DNA of 64,000 nt from a virus. The position numbers and the translations under genes were made by a program. The stretch is from the IMG/VR virus record IMGVR_UViG_3300028802_000398; one strand, given 5' to 3'. Below, one piece after another: positions 17,465-25,389 of the stretch; within the stretch, counting starts at the first letter, position 1, and each line of letters opens with the position of its first letter. Under the pieces are notes generated by a model. That model was not told the DNA's origin, did not search any database, and saw only the letters and a program-made list of their open reading frames with translations.

Positions 17465-18598
17465 ATGACATACGACTTCCGAGAACGGACCGCTAGCAGC
17501 AAGAAACCTCTGTACGGACACGATAGTCCTCAGAGCGCCTATGTGATCGACGACTATCCAAGCGGCTTCCGGGCTCGGTGTCGAAAGCGTGTGTGGTTGG
17601 AGTATAAAGCCCGCAGCGGCTGGCGCCTTGTCGAGCAGACAAGCGAGAAATGGTATCCAGGGGAAGAGCCGGCCAAGGATGCCGAGTTGAGCTGGAATAA
17701 GCCGAAAGCCAGCACGTACTCTGATGTCGCCGCATGTATGTACTTGGATGCTCAGGACCACGTCCAGTACGACGCACTCAGCATGCACACGAGCGCCTCT
17801 CACGTCGCGGAGTTCATGAAGGAGTTTCCGAAGGCCGATTTTAGCGGCATCAAGGTGTGCGTGATCTTCCAGGCTAAATACCTGGTGAGCAAGCTCAAGG
17901 GCGCGACCTGGGTCGTGAACGGGGAGCCGCAGCCAGTCTCGGATCACGAGCTGGGTGAGGTTCGCAAGAACTTGGAAGCCTGGTCGGAGATTGGCAAAGA
18001 GGTGGGTGTCAAGTTCGCGCAGCCCGTCTTGGATCTGATCGAGGGCAAGGTTGCCCCCACCAAGGTTGATCCGGAGGCGGTGAAGGCCCAGATTCGTCAG
18101 GAGGAGGCGGAGGCTGCCGCTGCGCGTACGGAGGAAGCGAAGAACACTCCCGGTGCGATGAGTGCTGCCCAGTTCGTCGAGGCTCTCCAAAGTAAGATCA
18201 ATGCTGAGGGGCGCGTCGTGAGGATTGACGGCAAAGTCCGCGGCACGGGCCAGATTTACGTGAACTTCTACAACATCCCGGCGGGGGAAGCGAAAGCAAA
18301 CCGGGGCGGCGGTGCAGAGGCCGAGAACAATCGACAGATGTTTGTGATCGGCGGCTTCGATCGCAAGGACGACAATGCACTCGCCGCCAAGGTCAAGGTA
18401 GAGCTGAGTGTGAACAGCCTCAGCGTGTCTGGGATGTCTTACGCTGAAGCTAAGGCCAAGACTACCCTTCGAGCCAAGACAGGATCTCCCGCCAAGATTG
18501 CCGAGTATCTCGCGGCGCACATCAACAGAATGGTCAAGGAGATCGAGCCACGGCTCACACACGCAAAGTTCGCATCATATGACTACGGGACGCTCTGA
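17465..18598 (+). CDS. Two-domain hypothetical protein (YDFR motif), putative virion protein
   Basis: MTYDFRERTAS start, KFASYDYGTL end; CTTCTTAT 14 nt upstream. Confidence 0.7.
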   Translation: MTYDFRERTASSKKPLYGHDSPQSAYVIDDYPSGFRARCRKRVWLEYKARSGWRLVEQTSEKWYPGEEPAKDAELSWNKPKASTYSDVAACMYLDAQDHVQYDALSMHTSASHVAEFMKEFPKADFSGIKVCVIFQAKYLVSKLKGATWVVNGEPQPVSDHELGEVRKNLEAWSEIGKEVGVKFAQPVLDLIEGKVAPTKVDPEAVKAQIRQEEAEAAAARTEEAKNTPGAMSAAQFVEALQSKINAEGRVVRIDGKVRGTGQIYVNFYNIPAGEAKANRGGGAEAENNRQMFVIGGFDRKDDNALAAKVKVELSVNSLSVSGMSYAEAKAKTTLRAKTGSPAKIAEYLAAHINRMVKEIEPRLTHAKFASYDYGTL

Positions 18599-18607
18599 GC
18601 GCTCCAT

Positions 18608-18678
18608 GCGGGTATAGTTCAACGGTTGAATGCATGCTTGCCAAGCATGAGGTGAGAGTTCGATTCTCTCTACCCGCA
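18608..18678 (+). tRNA. tRNA-Gly(GCC)
   Basis: GCGGGTA/TACCCGC, CATGC-TTGCCAA-GCATG. Confidence 0.9.
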
Positions 18679-18779
18679 CCGCGTGGCTTTTGCCACCAGC
18701 TGTCCTCTCGTCTCATGTGACGGTGCGTGCCGCCAGGTCTCGCAACGTACGACGGGAAGACAGTCAGGCACCTGGTTTC

Positions 18780-18910
18780 GGAGGGTAGGGGGTCGGCCCC
18801 ATTTCGACGGTAACTCGAAAGCAGAGCCCAGCGCCGCACACTCGGTTTCCTATAGGGGAGCCCATCCGCGGTGCTCACAAGCATACTTGGTTCAAATCCA
18901 AGACCCTCCA
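18780..18910 (+). ncRNA. tRNA-like RNA A with ~65-nt variable-region hairpin (GTA loop)
   Basis: GGAGGGT/ACCCTCC-A acceptor, GGGG/CCCC D hairpin, TTTCGA-CGGTAAC-TCGAAA, CTTGG-TTCAAAT-CCAAG T arm. Confidence 0.7.
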
Positions 18911-19190
18911 CCGCCTTCGTAGAATGGGCCAGTCATTCTTGAGTGGCTCGCGCAGAGACTGACGTGCGCAGCATCTATCGGGTGACCTTTTCGTGGTTCG
19001 CGCTGCTTTGTTCTCTTTTCGGTGTACGGGGGGATGGCACTGCTGCGCGACGGAGTTATAGATGAACGCACTGATTGCACTGTCGGTTGCCTTGCTAGGC
19101 GCCGGCTGTGTGGCAAGCACGCAAGGAGTTAGCTTGTGCCAACCTCTATTTAGAGATGCATCAAGCGACAGGCCGGAAAGACGGTCTCAC

Positions 19191-19300
19191 GGGGCTTTTG
19201 GCGGGTGGCCGCCGACTGATACGGCACTAGTACCTCGGGTCTGCAAGGACCCCTATCGAGTGCCCACAAGACCTTGAGAGTTCGACTCTTTCAAGCCCCG
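19191..19300 (+). ncRNA. tRNA-like RNA B with long variable-region hairpin
   Basis: GGGGCTT/AAGCCCC-G acceptor, GGCGG-GTGG-CCGCC, GAGAG-TTCGACT-CTTTC T arm, CACAAG before T arm. Confidence 0.65.
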
Positions 19301-19303
19301 CTA

Positions 19304-19443
19304 GTTCCCGTTCACTCGCAATGACCTTACACGCACAGGTTCGAATCCTGACAAGGGGTGAAAGCTCTTTGAATGCGAGATGGTACTCGCACCCGGCTAT
19401 TAACCAGGCAAACAGCAACCAGGTCCTGCACTCGAACGGGAAC
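19304..19443 (+). ncRNA. Circularly permuted tRNA-like RNA C
   Basis: Order: terminal stem GTTCCCGTTC, T arm, GAAA-closed acceptor, D arm, anticodon-like arm, GAACGGGAAC. Confidence 0.7.
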
Positions 19444-19451
19444 GAAATTTT

Positions 19452-19583
19452 GGCCGCCTACAGGGGGTCGGTCCCCCGCCAGCCTACGGAGCTGGAGCGC
19501 AAGCTCCCAGAGCTATGACTCGTCCCTGAAAGGGGACACCGCATTGCTCTTACAAGTCAGTGGTTCGACTCCACGGGCGGCCT
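19452..19583 (+). ncRNA. tRNA-like RNA D with long variable-region hairpin (ACG loop)
   Basis: GGCCGCC/GGCGGCC acceptor, GGGGG-TCGGT-CCCCC, CCAGC-CTACGGA-GCTGG, GTGG-TTCGACT-CCAC. Confidence 0.7.
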
Positions 19584-19605
19584 CTAAGTTGTTGACTGAG
19601 ATCTT

Positions 19606-19683
19606 GGTGTGCGGTCCCGAAGTGGTCGAGGGGCTAGCCTGTGGAGCTAGTATCAGCGAGTTCGAGTCTCGTCGTACACCCCA
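19606..19683 (+). tRNA. tRNA-His(GTG)
   Basis: Encoded G-1:C73 pair, CTAGC-CTGTGGA-GCTAG, CCA. Confidence 0.92.
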
Positions 19684-19692
19684 TGTTTACTT

Positions 19693-19770
19693 GGCGACGT
19701 AGTCCAATTGGCAGGAGACGGCAGATTTAGGATCTGCACAGTGGAGGTTCGAATCCTCTCGTCGCTACCA
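19693..19770 (+). tRNA. tRNA-Leu(TAG), short variable loop
   Basis: GGCGACG/CGTCGCT, GCAGA-TTTAGGA-TCTGC, A73, CCA. Confidence 0.88.
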
Positions 19771-19771
19771 T

Positions 19772-19844
19772 CGCTCCGCGCCCATGGTGGGTGCCCCACT
19801 CTCATAAGGTGGCTAGGCTGCGGGATCGTTACCCGACGGAGCGA
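19772..19844 (+). tRNA. tRNA-Met/Ile2(CAT)
   Basis: CGCTCCG/CGGAGCG, CCACT-CTCATAA-GGTGG; T-loop ATCGTTA. Confidence 0.75.
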
Positions 19845-19847
19845 CTA

Positions 19848-20216
19848 ATGCCCGATTTCTTAGAGGTTCTAAAGGGCCTGCCAACGCAAGTGCGGCTGCG
19901 CTATGCCGCCTATAGGCAAGGGACCCCTAAGGAAGGCCAACACGCGCTGGATGCCGAGCCAGAGGAAGTTGTGGTGGTGATCCAGTTTTCGGAGAGCGGT
20001 TTCGGGTTTGGTGAAGTCGTGATCAAGCAGACCCCACAAGGGGTGTTCGTTGACACGGAGTGCATGAGCCTAGAGCGGGTGAAGAAGTATCTGGCAGCGA
20101 TTGTTGACTCGGCCATCACGGACAACGACCAAGATCCCGACAAGCATGCACTATACAATGAGGTCATGATGCGCGGGTGCGGCCAGCGGTGCCGTGTCTG
20201 TTTCCCGGAAGAGTGA
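19848..20216 (+). CDS. Hypothetical protein, paralogue of 20231-20614
   Basis: Shared GTPKEG, QTP.GVFVDTE..SL.RVKK.L, ITDND.DP.KHALYN and C-terminal CxxxCxxC. Confidence 0.75.
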   Translation: MPDFLEVLKGLPTQVRLRYAAYRQGTPKEGQHALDAEPEEVVVVIQFSESGFGFGEVVIKQTPQGVFVDTECMSLERVKKYLAAIVDSAITDNDQDPDKHALYNEVMMRGCGQRCRVCFPEE

Positions 20217-20230
20217 TCGATCATAGATAG

Positions 20231-20614
20231 GTGACTGCCGATATGATGCCAACCTTTCGAGAGGTCCTTGATGGTCTGCCAACACGAGCGCGGCTGCAGC
20301 ACGCGTATTATAAAGAGGGCACCCCCAAGGAGGGCCAGTATAGACAGCAGGTCGAGCCCGAGAGGCTTGCTGTAGTGGTGCAGCACTCCGAAAATGGGGT
20401 CGGGTGGGGCGAGTTCACGATCGTCCAAACTCCCCTTGGCGTGTTCGTAGACACCGAGAACACAAGCCTAGACCGGGTAAAAAAGAATCTGACAGCGCTT
20501 CTTGAGTCAGCGATCACAGATAACGATTTGGACCCAGAGAAGCACGCTCTTTACAATAGCGTGATGGGACGGGTATGCGGCTTGTGGTGTCGCGTCTGTG
20601 ATTCGGCGGAGTGA
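20231..20614 (+). CDS. Hypothetical protein, paralogue of 19848-20216
   Basis: End-to-end similarity to the adjacent gene. Confidence 0.75.
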   Translation: MTADMMPTFREVLDGLPTRARLQHAYYKEGTPKEGQYRQQVEPERLAVVVQHSENGVGWGEFTIVQTPLGVFVDTENTSLDRVKKNLTALLESAITDNDLDPEKHALYNSVMGRVCGLWCRVCDSAE

Positions 20615-20619
20615 AGCTC

Positions 20620-20693
20620 GCCCAGTTAGCACAATAGGCAGTGCACCGGATTTGTACCCCGGTGATGCGGGATCGTGCCCCGCACTGGGCTCC
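20620..20693 (+). tRNA. tRNA-Thr(TGT), anticodon arm one nt short
   Basis: GCCCAGT/ACTGGGC-TCCA; CCGG-ATTTGTAC-CCGG; T-loop ATCGTGC. Confidence 0.7.
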
Positions 20694-20708
20694 AGGTAGC
20701 GCGGCTCA

Positions 20709-21194
20709 TTGAATGTTTTCGGACGAATCATGGACCAGCCAGAAGCCACTAAGCCAACGCCCACGACACAGTCCATCCTGTTTTTTCGTCTGCGGGACCA
20801 GCTCCCGCAGCTGGAGGAGCTGCTCAGGATCGTCAACGATGAGTGGGTCTACGAAGACCTCGTGTATCGGTTTTACCACTTGAGCTTCAAAGTCTACCGG
20901 ATTCAGCCCTATACGATAGAGATTGTCGAGGCGCTGCAGGCGCTCGCCCCAGACCTTATTCTGAACCCGTTTTTCCTTGAGATTTACCAAAAGGGCATCG
21001 GTCATGAGTACGAGTGGAGCCATAACGACAGTTGGCTAGAGCGCGCTCGGCCGATGGTCGAGGCATTCTTTCATGCGAAGTTCATGCTGGAGATGGCTGT
21101 TCGCCACGGTCAGAAATTCAGGCAGCAGGATACCGCGCCGCAGTTGTTGGAGTCCGGGTGGGCGGCGTTTCTGTACTTCTTCAATCTCAGATAG
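20709..21194 (+). CDS. Hypothetical protein
   Basis: 161-aa globular-looking ORF (YEDLVYRFYHLSFKVY, SGWAAFLYFFNLR). Confidence 0.7.
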   Translation: MNVFGRIMDQPEATKPTPTTQSILFFRLRDQLPQLEELLRIVNDEWVYEDLVYRFYHLSFKVYRIQPYTIEIVEALQALAPDLILNPFFLEIYQKGIGHEYEWSHNDSWLERARPMVEAFFHAKFMLEMAVRHGQKFRQQDTAPQLLESGWAAFLYFFNLR

Positions 21195-21717
21195 GGCAGC
21201 CATTTGACGGCATCCGTGGGTCAGGCGCCCCGGCCCAGAAGGTCGTGATGATCATCGCGGCGACACCTTTCATCGCAAACACCACGGTGAGCCCGGACGG
21301 ACTCTCGAAGCGGATCTCGTCACCGTAGGCCAGCTTGGTGGTGAGCTGTGTATGAAGTTTGGGGCTTCGGGTCTCGTATTGTTCGAGCTGCTTGTTGAAA
21401 GCGGCGAGGGCAGCCCGCACATCGTCTATCGTCACTGACCTGAGGTCCATCCGGTATTGGGCGTGAGGTCCGACCACGATCTGTTTGATGAAGGCCACGC
21501 CCGGCTCGCGGTCAAGATGGTAAATCTTGGCTGCCTCCGGGTTGGATAGGTCGTCGCCATGCTCGACTTCTTCGATCAGGTGTTTCTGAAGCACGGGGGA
21601 CGGCACTTGGTCACGGATGCGATGGATGACCTGGCATGGGCCACCTGGGTCACCGAGGGGCGGGTGCAGGTCGGCAGCCAGAAATCTAGCCAAGACTCTT
21701 TGGGCATTGGGACTCAC
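21187..21717 (-). CDS. Hypothetical protein with RVLARF N-terminal motif
   Basis: MSPNAQRVLARFLAA; TCTTTTAC 15 nt upstream; C-terminal H..YR..R...IITTF pattern loosely resembles a BECR RNase. Confidence 0.65.
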   Translation of the reverse strand: MSPNAQRVLARFLAADLHPPLGDPGGPCQVIHRIRDQVPSPVLQKHLIEEVEHGDDLSNPEAAKIYHLDREPGVAFIKQIVVGPHAQYRMDLRSVTIDDVRAALAAFNKQLEQYETRSPKLHTQLTTKLAYGDEIRFESPSGLTVVFAMKGVAAMIITTFWAGAPDPRMPSNGCPI

Positions 21718-21746
21718 GATTCAGAGCTGGCAGTAAAAGAACAGCG

Positions 21747-21819
21747 GGGGCCGTAGCTCACCTGGGAGAGCGCTTGCGTGGCACGCAAGAGGTAGAGGGT
21801 TCGACCCCCTCCGGCTCCA
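21747..21819 (+). tRNA. tRNA-Ala(GGC)
   Basis: GGGGCCG/CGGCTCC with G3:U70, CTTGC-GTGGCAC-GCAAG. Confidence 0.88.
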
Positions 21820-22068
21820 CGAATGCTCTGCACGAACGGGCCGTGACTGGACCTGGTTTCAAGAATAGGGTGTCACGAGTGCCTCATGAATCATGAGTCG
21901 TGCCAGGTTCTCAGGGTTGAAGTAGCTTGCGAGGGCTATACAGTCTGGCGTGGGGTATGGCCTGCGTATGGGCTCTCAAGCACTACGGGAAGTTTGCAAG
22001 CCAGGATATGTGAAGCTGACCGACGCATGTACTGGACGCGCGCTGTCATGAGCATGTAGAAGCGGCAG

Positions 22069-25000
22069 ATGGGTTCTGAACGAGGCGCCTACGATCTGCA
22101 ATTGGAGAACTCAGAATTGACGGCTCAGACCCTTGAGTGCCAACGGTTGGAAGCCGCATTGCAGGCTGAAATCATAGAACGCAAGCGCCTAGAAGCAGCG
22201 CTCTGCAAGAGCGAACAGCGCTTCCAGCGCCTCGCCGACACCGGACTCATCGGCATTTTCACGACCAACTCTCAAATGACCATCCTAGAGGCGAACACCG
22301 CGTTTCTGGGTATGGTTGGTTACTCGCGAGACGAACTGCTCGCTCTGGAGATCCGTTGGGACCGGCTGACGCCTCCGGAGTTATTGCAGCGGGACCTGAG
22401 GGAGAAGGCGGAAAGTCAGCGCACAGGCGTGGTTCTGCCGTACGAGAAAGAACTCGTACATAAGGACGGGCGGCGAATCCCAGTCTTGATCGGTGGTGCC
22501 CATCTCGACAGTACCGCGGACGAAGCGATCTGCATTGTCCTGGACATGACTGGTCAGAAGCACGCTGAGGAGGTCAAGAGGGCGCAAGCGATTGCTGAGG
22601 CAGAAATCGCTGAACGTCAGCGCGTAGAAGCGGAGCTATACAAGAGTAAAAGACGCTTCAAGCGTCTTGCCGACGCTGGGATTCTTGGCATTGTTTCGGC
22701 CGACCTCGATAGGAATATCGAGGATGTCAACGATGCGTTTGCGAGGATGCTGGGCTACACGCGGGAGGAATTGACCGATAGCCAACTCGGGTGGAGGCGG
22801 CGACTCACGCCTCCGGAGTATTGGGGGGCAGACGATCGTGCGCGCGAACAACTAGAGCGCACGGGAATGCTTCACGGGTATGAGAAGGAATACCTACACA
22901 AGGACGGTAGCCGAGTCCCCGTTTTGATTGGTTCGGCGGTTCTTGATGAGCCTGGGCAGGGGCGCGAGGCTATCAGCTGTATCCTGGACTTGAGCCACCT
23001 TAAGCGCGCCGAAGACGCACTCCGTGAGAGCGAACAACGCTTTCAGAGACTCTCGGACTCTGGGGTCATCGGCATTTTCACATCTGGCTATGACGGTAGA
23101 ATCATAGCCGCCAATGATGCCTTCTTGGGCGTGATTGGCTACTCGCAAGACGACGTGACATCGGGACAACTTCGTTGGGATCAACTTACGCCCCCGGAAT
23201 GGGACGCATACGACGCGCAGGCGATGGCGGACTGTCGGATCACGAAAGTGGCCCATCCGTATGAGAAAGAGTATTTCCACAAGGATGGCCACCGAGTCCC
23301 AATCTTGATTGGCGGTGCTCAGGTGGACGATACTCTGGGTGTGGGTACTTGCTTTGTCGTGGACCTGAGCGAACGCAAGCGCGTTGAAGCTGCGCTCCGC
23401 CAGAGCGAGCGGCGTTTCAAGACGCTCGCTGAGTCTGGGGTCATCGGTCTGCTTACGGCCGATCTTGATGGGCGCATCCTGGACGCCAATGCTGCATTTG
23501 CCAAGATGCTTGGTTATTCGCGAGATGAGATGGCCGCGGGACAGCTCCGTTGGGATCACCTCACGCCTCCGGAGTGGGGGGAGCGAGATGCGCAAGCGAT
23601 CGCGGAAATACGAGTCTCGAAAGTGCTTTACGGGTATGAGAAGGAATACCTACACAAGGACGGAAGCCGAGTCCCAGTCTTGATTAGTGCTGCGGTGCTT
23701 ACCGACGAGCCGGAAGGGGCGGTCGTCTGCTGTGTCCTGGACCAGACTGATCGCAAACGCGCTGAGGAACTGCGCATAGCGCACATTCAAGTAGAGGCAG
23801 CGCTCCGCAAGAGTGACCTTCTCCTTCAAGGACTTGTCGCTTCCGACATCATCGGCATCCTAAGCGGTGATGCCAGTGGACATATCGTGGACGCTAATGA
23901 TGCGTTCTTGGGGATGGTCGGCTACACGCGAGATGAACTGAACGCTGGTATGGTCCAATGGGATCACCTCACGCCTCCAGAGTGGCGTGAGCGAGCTGCA
24001 CGTGCGCGCGATGAAGGCCTCCGCGAAGGCGCGGTTCGTGCATTCGAGAAGGAACTCTTCCACAGAGACGGCCGGCGAATCTCAGTCTTGATCGGCGGTG
24101 TTCTGCCGGAGGCGGCGATTAATGGCGTCGCCTTTGTCCTGGATCTGTCTCACCGCAAGCAAGCTGAAGTTCTGCGCGAGCAACATGCGGTCGCTGAAGC
24201 TTCCAGCCGAGCCAAGACCGAGTTTCTCTCGTCTATGAGCCATGAGCTGCGCACGCCGCTCAATGCCATTCTTGGGTTTGCCCAGCTACTGCGGCGCGAC
24301 AAGAAGCAGCCGCTATCCGAGCGCCACTTAGATCGGGTCAACCAGATCTTGAACGGCGGAGAGCACCTGCTGCGTTTGATTGAGGACATCTTGGACTTAT
24401 CGCGCATCGAGTCGGGCGGTGTTTCCGTCTCCATCGAGCCGCTCGATGCGTACCAGATTCTTGAGCAGCTGATGCCTGCGCTCGACCCGCTCGCTGCGCG
24501 GTCACAAATCACCATCACTCTGGCAGATTCGCCAGACGATTTGCCACTGGTGGCAGCAGACCGCGTCCGGCTGACCCAAATCCTGACGAACTTCGCGTCT
24601 AACGCCATCAAGTACAATCGAGCTGGAGGTTCGGTCCAGCTTCGCCTCGCAATGAGCGGGCGGGGCCATGTGCGCCTGCTTGTGTCAGACACAGGCATCG
24701 GGATACCGCATGAGAAGCAGGGGCTGCTCTTTCAAGCATTTCAGCGCGCAGGACAAGAGAATGGGAGCATTGAAGGCACCGGCATCGGTCTGTTCATTGC
24801 ACAGCGCTTGGCTCAGCTCATGCTCGGTGCGGTGGGCTTTCGCAGCACGTTGGGACAAGGCTCGGAATTCTGGGTCGACATTCCGATCGCACGTATGCAG
24901 GAGTCCATCAGCTCGCAAGTGCCTCGCACATCGCTGGCAAAGGCTGCGGCCGTTTTGAGAGGGCGTCGAGTCATCCTGCAAGTTGAAGACAGCCCTACCA

Positions 25001-25356
25001 GCCTTGCATTCATGCAGGACCTTATCAGCAGCCTCTTCGACGATGTTTCGGTGTTGAGTGCAACCTCCGGTGAGCTGGGCCTCGCGCTGGCCCGTGTGCA
25101 CAAGGTCGATGCCATCTTGATGGATATCAACTTGCCTGGGATGTCCGGGTACGATGTGCTTCGGGAGCTACGCAATGACCCCAAGACCCAAGATGTGCCG
25201 GTGGTCGCGGTGTCGGCCGCAGCGTTGCCACATGACAAGCAGAGTGGACAGCGTGCCGGCTTCTTTGCCTACCTGACGAAACCCGTCAACGTCGACGATT
25301 TCATTGCGGTGCTAAAGCGCATATTCCCATCGCACAACGACATCGATCTCGACTGA
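22069..25356 (+). CDS. Hybrid sensor histidine kinase (5 PAS, HisKA, HATPase, REC)
   Basis: Five PAS/PAC repeats, FLSSMSHELRTPLNAI H-box, N/G1/G2 boxes, receiver with ILMDINLP and KP. Confidence 0.95.
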   Translation: MGSERGAYDLQLENSELTAQTLECQRLEAALQAEIIERKRLEAALCKSEQRFQRLADTGLIGIFTTNSQMTILEANTAFLGMVGYSRDELLALEIRWDRLTPPELLQRDLREKAESQRTGVVLPYEKELVHKDGRRIPVLIGGAHLDSTADEAICIVLDMTGQKHAEEVKRAQAIAEAEIAERQRVEAELYKSKRRFKRLADAGILGIVSADLDRNIEDVNDAFARMLGYTREELTDSQLGWRRRLTPPEYWGADDRAREQLERTGMLHGYEKEYLHKDGSRVPVLIGSAVLDEPGQGREAISCILDLSHLKRAEDALRESEQRFQRLSDSGVIGIFTSGYDGRIIAANDAFLGVIGYSQDDVTSGQLRWDQLTPPEWDAYDAQAMADCRITKVAHPYEKEYFHKDGHRVPILIGGAQVDDTLGVGTCFVVDLSERKRVEAALRQSERRFKTLAESGVIGLLTADLDGRILDANAAFAKMLGYSRDEMAAGQLRWDHLTPPEWGERDAQAIAEIRVSKVLYGYEKEYLHKDGSRVPVLISAAVLTDEPEGAVVCCVLDQTDRKRAEELRIAHIQVEAALRKSDLLLQGLVASDIIGILSGDASGHIVDANDAFLGMVGYTRDELNAGMVQWDHLTPPEWRERAARARDEGLREGAVRAFEKELFHRDGRRISVLIGGVLPEAAINGVAFVLDLSHRKQAEVLREQHAVAEASSRAKTEFLSSMSHELRTPLNAILGFAQLLRRDKKQPLSERHLDRVNQILNGGEHLLRLIEDILDLSRIESGGVSVSIEPLDAYQILEQLMPALDPLAARSQITITLADSPDDLPLVAADRVRLTQILTNFASNAIKYNRAGGSVQLRLAMSGRGHVRLLVSDTGIGIPHEKQGLLFQAFQRAGQENGSIEGTGIGLFIAQRLAQLMLGAVGFRSTLGQGSEFWVDIPIARMQESISSQVPRTSLAKAAAVLRGRRVILQVEDSPTSLAFMQDLISSLFDDVSVLSATSGELGLALARVHKVDAILMDINLPGMSGYDVLRELRNDPKTQDVPVVAVSAAALPHDKQSGQRAGFFAYLTKPVNVDDFIAVLKRIFPSHNDIDLD

Positions 25357-25389
25357 CCGGTGGGTGCGAGGCTTGGTGTACTGGCCTAG

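Noticed and set aside
17459-18562. 367-aa antisense ORF (also 54632-55573 and similar shadows)
   Set aside because: Mirror of a well-formed sense gene in GC-rich DNA; no motifs.
19062-19277. Small lipoprotein-like ORF (MNALIALSVALLGAGC)
   Set aside because: It has an RBS and a lipobox-like Cys, but its 3' half runs through tRNA-like element B and looks non-protein-like. Unresolved, not called.
18780-19583. Archaeal-type BHB introns in tRNAs
   Set aside because: The internal loops are 4x4 to 6x5, not 3-4-3 bulge-helix-bulge, and no splicing endonuclease is seen.
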